A stretch of DNA of 60,570 nucleotides, from NCBI GenBank assembly GCA_034003145.1, contig JAVEZE010000002.1, positions 1 to 60,570 on the forward strand. The letters run 5' to 3'. The DNA comes from Spirochaetia bacterium (GTDB lineage Bacteria; Spirochaetota; Spirochaetia; CADAEX01). Below the pieces are notes generated by a model, which made no database searches, was not told where the DNA came from, and saw nothing but the letters and a program-made list of their open reading frames with translations. Shown piece after piece: positions 8,209 to 17,071 of this stretch. The number at the start of each line of letters is the position of its first letter. The first letter of the stretch is position 1. The position numbers and the translations under genes were made by a program.

Positions 8209-9891
8209 TTGAATTCAAGGGAAAATCATGACTTTGAAAGTTTTGATGAACTAAAATCTTTCTACATTAACAATTTGCCTCTTAATATTGAAAATATTAA
8301 TGATAAATTTGAACTGGTACTGCTCTCCGGGATAGATAAGAAAAAAGCCTCAGAGTTGAGGGCTGATATTCACAAGCTGGCAGGTTCAGCAGGCAGTTTC
8401 GGCTTCGAAGCCATAAGCGCATTACTAAAGAAGGTTGATCAATACTTTGCCGGATATATTGAGAATGAGACAGCTGATAATATTTTTGATATTGATTATG
8501 TAAAAAAGGCAATTAAAGAAGTGCAGGTTTTACTTACAGGAGTCAATAACCCCTCTGCGGTCAGAAATAACTATTCAGTTACAGCTCTGCCTGTAACACA
8601 TGGAAGGATGTTTGAAAAAATTCCTGCCTCCTGGGATAAAAAACTTGTTATCTGCAATCCTGAAAATCAGAAATACCTGGAAGAACTTAAAGGGAAACTC
8701 GCCTATTTCGGATATCAGGTTGAATATTTTACAGACAAAGATAAAGCAGTTGAATATCTTGAAAATGAGACAATTTACCTCGCTCTGATTGATATTGACT
8801 GTCTTCAAAAAAATCCTGCATCAGGGACAAGGCTTGTTAATATGAAAGAAAAACGGGGATGTACAAAATTTATTTATACATCAGCCCATAACGATTTTTT
8901 AACACGCCTTTTCGCGCTCAAAAGCGGGGGTGATGCTTTTTTCGAAAGCCCGATAAATATCATAAAACTGGTTGATAAAATCGAGTTTTTTGCAGACAGC
9001 AGAAGGATAAAGCCGGATCATGTCCTGATTATTGATGATGATATGGATACCCTTTCCTATTATGCGCATCTTTTTCAAAAGTACGGAATGATAACATCTG
9101 TAACTTCTGACCCCTATTCAGCTTTTGACCTTATTATTGAAGCCTCTCCGGACCTTGTTTTTATTGACATGCTTATGCCAGGGTGCAACGGCATTGAGCT
9201 TGCCTCTGTCATCAGGCAGCATGAAGAATTTGTTTCAACTCCCATTATCCTTTATTCAGCATTTGACAAACCTTCTACAATTGATAGCAATGTTCCATTT
9301 TCAGGTGATGAATTTATAAATAAATCTGTAAATGATGAAATACTTGTGAACATTGTCGCAAACAGGATATACAGATCAAAAAGCTTAAGGCATTTTATGG
9401 AAAGGGATTCGCTGACAGGGCTGCTTAATCATACAAACCTGAATGACAACTTCTACAGAGAGCTTCTGCGCTCAAACCGAATGAATCTTCCGTTAAGCTA
9501 CGCAATGATAGATCTTGATAATTTTAAATCTGTAAATGATAAGTACGGACATCTTGTCGGCGACACTATACTTAAAAGCCTTGCCTATATGCTGATTGAA
9601 AGACTCAGAACCACTGATATCATAGGACGTTACGGCGGGGAGGAGTTTGTGGTTATTTTAAATAATACCTCGCCTGTAAACGCTAAAAAAGTCATGGATG
9701 GAATAAGAGTCAATTTCAGCAATATTTCTCACCACGCGAAAGGAGAGGAGTTTCATGTGACTTTCAGCTGCGGCATAGCAGGCTATCCTGATCTTTCCCT
9801 TGCTGAAACAATCTCTGAAGCAGCAGACAAAGCACTTTATGCGGCAAAAAAACAGGGAAAAAACAGGGTTATTATATATGGTGATGAATAA
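8209..9891 (+). CDS. HPt - (degenerate REC) - REC - GGDEF diguanylate cyclase response regulator
   Basis: HPt motif HKLAGSAGSFGF. The second receiver has VLIIDDD...VFIDMLMPG. The GGDEF domain has RYGGEEF and an upstream DNFKSVND motif. TTG start with a GAAGGTG RBS. Confidence 0.8.
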   Translation: MNSRENHDFESFDELKSFYINNLPLNIENINDKFELVLLSGIDKKKASELRADIHKLAGSAGSFGFEAISALLKKVDQYFAGYIENETADNIFDIDYVKKAIKEVQVLLTGVNNPSAVRNNYSVTALPVTHGRMFEKIPASWDKKLVICNPENQKYLEELKGKLAYFGYQVEYFTDKDKAVEYLENETIYLALIDIDCLQKNPASGTRLVNMKEKRGCTKFIYTSAHNDFLTRLFALKSGGDAFFESPINIIKLVDKIEFFADSRRIKPDHVLIIDDDMDTLSYYAHLFQKYGMITSVTSDPYSAFDLIIEASPDLVFIDMLMPGCNGIELASVIRQHEEFVSTPIILYSAFDKPSTIDSNVPFSGDEFINKSVNDEILVNIVANRIYRSKSLRHFMERDSLTGLLNHTNLNDNFYRELLRSNRMNLPLSYAMIDLDNFKSVNDKYGHLVGDTILKSLAYMLIERLRTTDIIGRYGGEEFVVILNNTSPVNAKKVMDGIRVNFSNISHHAKGEEFHVTFSCGIAGYPDLSLAETISEAADKALYAAKKQGKNRVIIYGDE

Positions 9892-11596
9892 AACTCTATT
9901 TGCGTCTGTTATAATAATTTTAAATATTTATTTGGTATCCTGTGAAAACACTGATGGGGTTTTTTACGGAAAACTTAAAACTAACGGTGAACATGAGGAA
10001 ACAGCCCTGCGTTTAGAAAAAAACAGTGATGATAAATCAGATTATTATAAATTCAAAAAGCCATACAGATTGGAAAACAGGAGCCATCCTGTTTTCTTAA
10101 AAGCTGAAATACCGGAAATCACGGGAACTCATTTTTTTACTATGCATTTGGCAGAAGCTCCTCCCCGCAGTATTGAATTTACTTCGGATGAACCTTCGAA
10201 AGCTCTTCTTTTTTTTACTGTAAAGGAATCCTTATCTATTGAGGGTTTTTCAATTACACAATCTTCCGAAGTGACAGGGCCGGAGAAAAGCCTGGCAGAA
10301 GGTACCAAAGATATTTCCCCTCTCCTTAAAGTATGGATAATAAGCAGTACTGAGTATTTTGAAGGATATAAAAAAGAAAAGGGAATCTTATATCAGAGTG
10401 AGAATTTCCGAAGAACAGCGGATGCGAAGAATGAAATTTTTGCTTTTAATGTAAAAAACAGCTTCAGTGACAAAAATCCTGACAAAATTACAATCAGTCT
10501 TGAAAACAGGGCTTTATCCCGTCATGATGATAATAAAGTGCTGCTTGATTTTTACTCAAAAGATAATAACAAAAGTGTAAAAATATTTCCTGTTAAAGAT
10601 ATTATTAACATAACTTCGGCTGACCTTGATGCGATATTCCATGTTGTGCCGGATAAGATAAGATTTTCAGTTTCTCCCTTAATTGAAAGATCAGTGCCTG
10701 AAGTAAATGCAGTTTCAGTTTTCCGCTTTTCAGGCGGCAAATCTCATCCCCTCCATACAGCAATAGAAGCAGATTTTAATTCCATGCTTGATTACGGCAT
10801 GGAAAACTGGAGAAATGAAAACTATGAAATATTTTCCTGGTCAGTTTTTCCTGAATTCCTGCTGATTGATACAATTGATTACAGGTTCCAGAATGCGATG
10901 TTTAAAAGGCTTGCCTTTTTCGTGGAAAAACCAGGGACAGCAGGGACTCTTCTTACAGACAGTGAAATGGAAAAACTTCATGGATGGAATGCACACGATT
11001 ACAGAGCAGAGGATTTGAGCGATTTTTTTAATCTGGCTGAAAAAACCGGTTTTATCCTGTCTGACGAAGAAGAACTGCTTAAATTATTGCTGCTTGAAAA
11101 CAATGCAATAAGGAAAACAACAGGCACTGAATTTCAGCCTGCAGGGGGCGGTATACTTTCCATATCTCGTGAGTCAAGCTCCTTTCTGCGTAAAGTGTTT
11201 ATCTCTCATGAGGGATATCATGGAGTCTTTTTTTCTTCAAAAGAATTCAGGGAAAAATGCGAATCAATATGGGACCAGGCTTCTGACGAGGTGAAAACTT
11301 TCTGGAAAATATTTCTTGCCCATAAATACTATGATATTACCAACAAGTACCTTGTTGTAAATGAATTCATGGCTTACAACCTGCAGCAGACACCGGAGAA
11401 GGGCAAGGAATATTTTTTTGAGTATATAATTCCCGCCCTTCTGGATAATTATCCTTCGCGGAAAGAGCTGCTTGAGAATATCAAAGAAAATTACAGGGAG
11501 GAATTTTTTGAAATAAGCGGTAAACTTGCCGATGCCCTGTATGAGACAACAGCTCTTCCTCCGGGCAATCTTCTGTTTATTGAAACCAGCCCCTGA
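9878..11596 (+). CDS. Hypothetical lipoprotein with an HEXXH motif
   Basis: MVMNKTLFASVIIILNIYLVSC has a lipobox (LVSC). HEGYH lies at 11207-11221. ATG 9878 overlaps the GGDEF gene stop (9889-9891). The upstream part of track ORF 9800 lies in another frame inside the GGDEF gene. Confidence 0.65.
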   Translation: MVMNKTLFASVIIILNIYLVSCENTDGVFYGKLKTNGEHEETALRLEKNSDDKSDYYKFKKPYRLENRSHPVFLKAEIPEITGTHFFTMHLAEAPPRSIEFTSDEPSKALLFFTVKESLSIEGFSITQSSEVTGPEKSLAEGTKDISPLLKVWIISSTEYFEGYKKEKGILYQSENFRRTADAKNEIFAFNVKNSFSDKNPDKITISLENRALSRHDDNKVLLDFYSKDNNKSVKIFPVKDIINITSADLDAIFHVVPDKIRFSVSPLIERSVPEVNAVSVFRFSGGKSHPLHTAIEADFNSMLDYGMENWRNENYEIFSWSVFPEFLLIDTIDYRFQNAMFKRLAFFVEKPGTAGTLLTDSEMEKLHGWNAHDYRAEDLSDFFNLAEKTGFILSDEEELLKLLLLENNAIRKTTGTEFQPAGGGILSISRESSSFLRKVFISHEGYHGVFFSSKEFREKCESIWDQASDEVKTFWKIFLAHKYYDITNKYLVVNEFMAYNLQQTPEKGKEYFFEYIIPALLDNYPSRKELLENIKENYREEFFEISGKLADALYETTALPPGNLLFIETSP

Positions 11597-11658
11597 TTCT
11601 GATCACTCTTACTGGGGCTGATCAGTTTTCGCCGCACTGCTTCACTTCTAAAAGCCTT

Positions 11659-13026
11659 TTATTTGTTCTCAACCTCTGAAATTGCCTCTTCTATTGCGTT
11701 GAGCGCGAAATCCATCTCTTCTTTTGTAATTACAAGAGAGGGTGTAAGTGTAAGAATATTGCCCATTGTAAGCTTGAAGCTTACCCCTTTTGACAGGGCT
11801 CTATACATAACCTCTTCCGCCTCTTCTGCCGCTATTTCCCGTGTTTCCCTGTTTTTCACAAGTTCTATCCCGATAAAAAGCCCTATCCCGCGTACCGCGC
11901 CTATCAAAGGATGCCTCTCCATCATCTCATTTGCTTTTTTCAGGGAATACTTTCCAAGAGTTCTTGAATGCTCAACAAGGTTGTTTTTTTCAATATAGTT
12001 GATTGCAGCAAGCCCTGCCGCAGCTCCTAGAGTGCTTTTTTCATGTGTAAAGTGTCCGAGCGCGATATGGCCTGCCACATCAAGCTTTTCATCCGCTATT
12101 GTCGCGGCGATCGGGAATACTCCCCCTCCGAGCCCTTTTCCTATAACAAGGATATCAGGCGTAACATCAAAATTCTGGCATGTAAACCACTTCCCTGTCC
12201 TTCCAAGCGCGTGCGGTATTTCATCAAAAATAAGGAGAGCACCGTATTTGTCGCAGGCTTTTCTTACAATCTGCCAGTATTCTTTTGAAGGAACATAGGG
12301 CGTGCTTCTCATGGGCTCTGAAATAACAGCTGCGATATCACCCTCTTTTTCAAGAATATACTCAATATATTTTGCCCAGAGTATTTCCCATTCTTCAGGT
12401 TTACCGATATCCATAAACCGTCTGTGAATATCAGGGGGTGGGACATGCTCTGTTCCGCTTAATAAAGGGCCTATCCCTTTCCTGAAAACCGCCTCCCCTC
12501 CGATAGATATTGCATCAAGTGTTGCGCCGTGAAAGGAATCCCACATTGAGATTGTCTTATACCTGCCTGTCGCAATACGCGCAAGCTTAATCGCTATTGA
12601 GATTGCCTCTGCCCCGCCGGGGGCAAAAAGCATTTTATTGAGATTCCCCGGGGTAAGGGAAGCAATTTTTTTTGCGAATTCGATCACAATTTTGTTTGTA
12701 TAGCGCCGTGTACAGAAGGAAAGCTCATCAAGCTGTTTTTTTACAGCATCAACAACATCCTTATTCCCGAATCCTGCCTGATGCACATTGTTTCCGTGAA
12801 AATCAAGATATTTTCTCCCTTCATAATCCTCAATCCAGGCCCCTTTAGCTGATTTAAGCACATTAAGACATGGGGAGGAAAGTGATTGCTTCAAAAAATA
12901 CCTGCTGTCTTCCTCAAGTATTTCCGCGGTCTCTTTTCCGATATTCTCATCCTGCCATTTTTTTCTTTTTTCAGAGATATTTATGTCTCCTTCCAGCTTA
13001 AGCTGGCTGCTCATCTTTTCTGACAT
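11659..13026 (-). CDS. Class-III (omega-type) pyridoxal-phosphate aminotransferase
   Basis: 455 aa. LLIFDEIPHALGRTGKWF and ILVIGKGLGGG (PLP-lysine region) are typical of the acetylornithine/GABA/taurine-pyruvate aminotransferase family. Confidence 0.8.
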   Translation of the reverse strand: MSEKMSSQLKLEGDINISEKRKKWQDENIGKETAEILEEDSRYFLKQSLSSPCLNVLKSAKGAWIEDYEGRKYLDFHGNNVHQAGFGNKDVVDAVKKQLDELSFCTRRYTNKIVIEFAKKIASLTPGNLNKMLFAPGGAEAISIAIKLARIATGRYKTISMWDSFHGATLDAISIGGEAVFRKGIGPLLSGTEHVPPPDIHRRFMDIGKPEEWEILWAKYIEYILEKEGDIAAVISEPMRSTPYVPSKEYWQIVRKACDKYGALLIFDEIPHALGRTGKWFTCQNFDVTPDILVIGKGLGGGVFPIAATIADEKLDVAGHIALGHFTHEKSTLGAAAGLAAINYIEKNNLVEHSRTLGKYSLKKANEMMERHPLIGAVRGIGLFIGIELVKNRETREIAAEEAEEVMYRALSKGVSFKLTMGNILTLTPSLVITKEEMDFALNAIEEAISEVENK

Positions 13027-13217
13027 GGGCCCCCCTTGTTTAATAATTTGTAAAATATAGCTGATATAATGAATTCTGTCAATAAATGTATATACAAATA
13101 GACGCTGTTTCGGCAGATATTAGGCAAAATCATGAATTAGCAATGAGTCTATTATTGATTATTATATAAAAACCTTTAAGAATAATAAAAACTTATAGTA
13201 AATATCATAAAATTTGA

Positions 13218-13246
13218 TTGACAAATCAAAAAACTGATCTGATAAT
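13218..13246 (+). promoter_or_regulatory. Sigma70-type promoter TTGACA-N17-GATAAT upstream of TAXI gene 1
   Basis: TTGACA at 13218-13223, a 17-nt spacer, GATAAT at 13241-13246, about 70 nt upstream of the ATG. Confidence 0.6.
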
Positions 13247-13315
13247 TGTATTAGTGATTTTATTTCTTGCAGTTCTCACTGCAGAATTGATAATTACAAA
13301 TTAAGGAGGAGTTTT

Positions 13316-14302
13316 ATGAAAAAGTTTTTTTTAGCGGTTTTGGTATTAATTGCAGCGCCTTGCCTGGTATTTTCAGGAGGGGCAGGTGAAGGACAGTATT
13401 CTGCAGTTATGGGAAGCTCAAGTCTTGGCGGTACATGGTATCCTACAGCGGCAAGAATGGCAGGAGCTGCAATGGAACACGGCGGTGTAGTTGTTACAGT
13501 CCAGTCATCCGGAGGCGGAACAGAAAACGTAAGACTCATGAGACAGAACCAGTATCAGATGGGACTTGTAGAACCCAATATAGCCAATTATGCATTTAAA
13601 GGCATCAAGCTTTTCAAGGAAGACGGAGCATATGATAATCTTACATTTGTTACAAACCTGTATCCAAACGCAGCATGCGCAGTAGTACACAAGAACGGGC
13701 CGATAAAAACAATGTATGACTATAACATGGCGCTTAATGGCGGGAAAAAATACGGATTTGCTCCTGGAAGCCCGGGATCAGGCGATGATTACTGCTGGGA
13801 AGAGATATTTGCTTCTTTCGAGATACCTAAAGAGAACATGATCTGGAAACCGCTTTCCCACACAGAACGAGTAATGGCATTCAAGGACAAAGTTCTTGAA
13901 GGAATAGGCTATACAACAGCACAGCCTTCAGGCAGTATTTTAGAAGCATCTGCGCTGACTCCTATCAGAATTCTTGAGATTTCCGGTAAAGACAGGGAAA
14001 AAGTAATGAAGGATAGTCCATGGTATATACCTGCTGTTATTCCTGCCGGTACATATAATGGCCAGGATGAAGAAGTACAGACTATTTCAATCGGCGGATT
14101 TGTCATGGCTAACAAGGATGTTCCTGAAGACTTTATTTACAGATATCTTTCCGGTGTATACGGCAAAGGGCTTAAAGATGTTCAGAGTGTTGCCGCAGCT
14201 ACCAAAGACATAACACTTGAAAATGCCCCTTTAGGCGCAGGCGACATTACTTTTCATCCAGGTGCCATAAAATTCTACAAGGAAAAAGGGGTTATTAAAT
14301 AA
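13316..14302 (+). CDS. TAXI-family TRAP-type solute-binding protein (paralog 1)
   Basis: Signal peptide, then SSSLGGTWYPTAARMAG...GGGTENVRLM and a C-terminal FHPGAIKFYKEKG, typical of TAXI ('immunogenic protein') receptors. RBS AAGGAGG. Confidence 0.75.
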   Translation: MKKFFLAVLVLIAAPCLVFSGGAGEGQYSAVMGSSSLGGTWYPTAARMAGAAMEHGGVVVTVQSSGGGTENVRLMRQNQYQMGLVEPNIANYAFKGIKLFKEDGAYDNLTFVTNLYPNAACAVVHKNGPIKTMYDYNMALNGGKKYGFAPGSPGSGDDYCWEEIFASFEIPKENMIWKPLSHTERVMAFKDKVLEGIGYTTAQPSGSILEASALTPIRILEISGKDREKVMKDSPWYIPAVIPAGTYNGQDEEVQTISIGGFVMANKDVPEDFIYRYLSGVYGKGLKDVQSVAAATKDITLENAPLGAGDITFHPGAIKFYKEKGVIK

Positions 14303-14322
14303 TAAAGATGGAAATCTTTTTA

Positions 14323-14356
14323 GCGGGGTATTTTTATCAATATCCCGCGCTTTTTT
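14323..14356 (+). terminator. Rho-independent terminator after TAXI gene 1
   Basis: GCGGGGTAT-tttttatca-ATATCCCGC (9 bp including one G-U) followed by GCTTTTTT. Confidence 0.65.
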
Positions 14357-14458
14357 AGCATATTAGTGATTATCAAATTAAAATAAGTAATACTCCCCCA
14401 TATGGAATCCTTAAATAGTGTATTTAAAATTAGAACTCAATTAGAACTCAAAAAACAG

Positions 14459-14487
14459 TTGACAAAAGATTGAATCAGAGTGATAAT
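14459..14487 (+). promoter_or_regulatory. Sigma70-type promoter TTGACA-N17-GATAAT upstream of TAXI gene 2
   Basis: TTGACA at 14459-14464, a 17-nt spacer, GATAAT at 14482-14487. Confidence 0.6.
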
Positions 14488-14538
14488 TTTCCTAACAGTA
14501 AATTAACTAAATATTAACACTAATAAAAGGAGAAATGT

Positions 14539-15537
14539 ATGAAGAGATTTTTGATTTTTCTACTGATAGCCTTAACGTTTACCAGTTTTGCTTTTGCAGC
14601 TGGACAGGGTGAAGACGGTGGAAAAAAATTCAACGCAATCAATGGAAGCTCAAGCCTTGGCGGATCATGGTATCCGATGGCTAGTAGACTTGCCGGTGTA
14701 GCTATGAAATATAGCGATATAGTAATAACTGTACAGGCTTCAGGCGGTGGAACAGAAAACATAAGACTTATGAGACAGGGCCAGTATAACATGGGGCACT
14801 GCGAACCAAACGTAGCAAACTATGCTTATCAGGGAATCAAGGATTTTGCAAAAGAAGGAAAATTTGATAACCTTAGATTCATGTTCAGCCTTTATCCTCT
14901 TCCCATGACAGCTGTTGTTCATAAAGATGGACCTATCTATAGTCTTGGCGATTTTGACAAATCAAAATCAGGCAAAAGCTATGGCTTTTCACCTGGAAGC
15001 CCAGGATCCGGCGATGAAACCAGCTGGCTTGAAGTTTTCGAAGCATATGGCGTTAAAAGAGAAGACATGAACTGGAAACCGCTTTCACACAGTGAAAGAG
15101 TAATGGCTTTCAAAGATAGAATTCTTGAATGCGTAGCTTTCGAAACAGCTCAGCCTGCAGGAGCTATAATTGAGCTTTCTGCTCAGAACCCGATCAGAAT
15201 TATTGAAATCAAGGGCGCTGAAAGAGAAAGAATTCTAAAAGAACTTCCTTTCTATGGCACATATACACTTCCTGCTGGAATGTACAATGGCCAGGATAAA
15301 GCTGTAGAGACTATATTCCTCGGCGGATTTGCTCTTGCTAACCCTGAAGTTCCTGAAGATTTTGTTTACAAATATCTTTCAGCAGTATATGGACCTGGTC
15401 TTGCTGAAGTACAGAGCGTTTTCCCTGCTGCTAAAGAAATGACACTTGCAAAAGCAATGGACGGAAACGAAAATGGCGCAATCCCATTTCATCCAGGCGC
15501 TATAAAGTTCTACAAAGAAAAAGGGATGCTTAAATAA
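14539..15537 (+). CDS. TAXI-family TRAP-type solute-binding protein (paralog 2)
   Basis: Collinear with the upstream paralog (SSSLGGSWYPMASRLAG...GGGTENIRLM...FHPGAIKFYKEKG), with a signal peptide. RBS AAGGAG. Confidence 0.75.
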   Translation: MKRFLIFLLIALTFTSFAFAAGQGEDGGKKFNAINGSSSLGGSWYPMASRLAGVAMKYSDIVITVQASGGGTENIRLMRQGQYNMGHCEPNVANYAYQGIKDFAKEGKFDNLRFMFSLYPLPMTAVVHKDGPIYSLGDFDKSKSGKSYGFSPGSPGSGDETSWLEVFEAYGVKREDMNWKPLSHSERVMAFKDRILECVAFETAQPAGAIIELSAQNPIRIIEIKGAERERILKELPFYGTYTLPAGMYNGQDKAVETIFLGGFALANPEVPEDFVYKYLSAVYGPGLAEVQSVFPAAKEMTLAKAMDGNENGAIPFHPGAIKFYKEKGMLK

Positions 15538-15561
15538 TTTATTATTTAATTAAAAATGCAG

Positions 15562-15591
15562 AGGTCATACCGAAAGGTATGGCCTTTTTTT
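15562..15591 (+). terminator. Rho-independent terminator after TAXI gene 2
   Basis: AGGTCATACC-gaaa-GGTATGGCCT followed by T7. Confidence 0.75.
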
Positions 15592-15757
15592 CTGTTTGCC
15601 CAGCGAAGCTGGGACATATACCATGGATGGCGCATAAATATTTTTAAATATCCTGATAAAACCAATTGATTTGGAAATATTTAATTTTTTAAAAATAGAA
15701 TTGCTTAAGAATTTTGTATTGTATAATTTAAAGTTATTAAATATAGTATTTAAAGTT

Positions 15758-16678
15758 ATGAACCTATATCATTTAAAGACATTTTTTTTTACAGCTAAAT
15801 ACAGAAGCTTCACAAAAGCTGCTGATGTTCTTTGTATTACACAGCCGGCTGTAACAAGACAGATCCAGGAGCTGCAGTCTACACACAACCTTGTTCTGTT
15901 TAACAGGATAGGCAAAAAAATACTTTTAACAGATGCTGGCGAGGCTTTGTACTCCCTGGCTGAAAAAATATTTGAGCTTGAAACCCAGGTGGAAGAAAGT
16001 ATCAGGGATTTCCAGCAGCAGAAAAGCGGGAAAATAAGTATTGTAACTGCTGAAACCTTCGGAGGATTTTATCTTCCAAAAATTATTATAAAATTTAACC
16101 GCAGGTATCCTGATATATATGTTTCTGTTATGACGCTTAATGATTTTTTTGTTGTTGATTATATTTCAAAGCTTACCTATGATTTCGGATTTTTATCAAA
16201 AGAGATGTCTCATCCCAAAATTATTGTAAAAGAGCTGTTTGAGGAAGATATTGTCATGATAATCAATCCTGAACATCCTCTTGCGGGGAAAACCATTATT
16301 GAGCCTCATGAGCTTAACAATATTCCAATGATAATGCCGGAACCTGACAGCGGTACACGCAATATACTTAATCAATTTAAAAAAAGACATGACCTTAAAT
16401 TCAATGTTGTGTGTGAATTTTCAAACAATGATTCGATAAAAACCCTTGTACAGGAAGGGATGGGTGTTTCACTTATCTCAAGAAACGTTGTAAAGAATGA
16501 TATTAAAAGGGGAGAACTTGCATCACTTAACATAAATGATACAGATTTGAAAAGAAAGTACTATATCGCGTATCATAAGGAAAAATACTTTACAAAAACA
16601 ATTGCTGAATTTATCGCGATTACCTATCAATGGTCTGATGAATATATGAAACAATACAGCCAGGACCCAATTTTATAA
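15758..16678 (+). CDS. LysR-family transcriptional regulator
   Basis: MNLYHLKTFFFTAKYRSFTKAADVLCITQPAVTRQIQELQ is a canonical LysR HTH, followed by a substrate-binding domain. ATG 15758 is preferred over the track start 15671. Confidence 0.85.
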   Translation: MNLYHLKTFFFTAKYRSFTKAADVLCITQPAVTRQIQELQSTHNLVLFNRIGKKILLTDAGEALYSLAEKIFELETQVEESIRDFQQQKSGKISIVTAETFGGFYLPKIIIKFNRRYPDIYVSVMTLNDFFVVDYISKLTYDFGFLSKEMSHPKIIVKELFEEDIVMIINPEHPLAGKTIIEPHELNNIPMIMPEPDSGTRNILNQFKKRHDLKFNVVCEFSNNDSIKTLVQEGMGVSLISRNVVKNDIKRGELASLNINDTDLKRKYYIAYHKEKYFTKTIAEFIAITYQWSDEYMKQYSQDPIL

Positions 16679-16758
16679 ATCATCTGCGATGATTATGCTT
16701 TATTATATAACTTAGAAATGTCATAACAATATATGATGATAAAAATAATAAAAACTTA

Positions 16759-16787
16759 TTGACAAACATGTTTTAAATCAAGATAAT
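16759..16787 (+). promoter_or_regulatory. Sigma70-type promoter TTGACA-N17-GATAAT upstream of the saccharopine-dehydrogenase-like gene
   Basis: TTGACA at 16759-16764, a 17-nt spacer, GATAAT at 16782-16787. Confidence 0.6.
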
Positions 16788-16852
16788 GTATTTAAGATTA
16801 TTAATCTTTATGAAAAGTATAATTAAATATTATACACTAAGGAGATGAAAAC

Positions 16853-17071
16853 GTGGCTAAAAAATTATTTGCTCTTGCAGGCGCTGGAAAAATTTGCGGC
16901 TGGGCAGTGAGAACTGTAGTACAAAATTCAGACAAAAATCTTTTTGACAAGATTACAATTGGCGAGTATAACCTTGAAGCGGCAAATGCGCTTAAGGCTG
17001 AACTTAATGATCCAAGAGTTGATGTGGTAAAGATTGATATCAATGATGAAGCTGATGCCATAGCAAAATGA
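16853..17071 (+). CDS. Saccharopine dehydrogenase-family oxidoreductase, N-terminal Rossmann fragment (frame-split)
   Basis: GTG start after AAGGAG. ALAGAGKICG is a GxGxxG dinucleotide-binding motif. The ORF ends at TGA 17069-17071 in the middle of the conserved domain. Confidence 0.6.
   Translation: MAKKLFALAGAGKICGWAVRTVVQNSDKNLFDKITIGEYNLEAANALKAELNDPRVDVVKIDINDEADAIAK

Noticed and set aside
17069-17071. The TGA ending the N-terminal saccharopine-dehydrogenase fragment, considered as a possible selenocysteine or read-through codon.
   Set aside because: Reading through in frame gives KDMMSFLTDQQ-stop, which is unrelated to the family. Homology continues in the -1 frame, so this is a frame change rather than stop-codon recoding.
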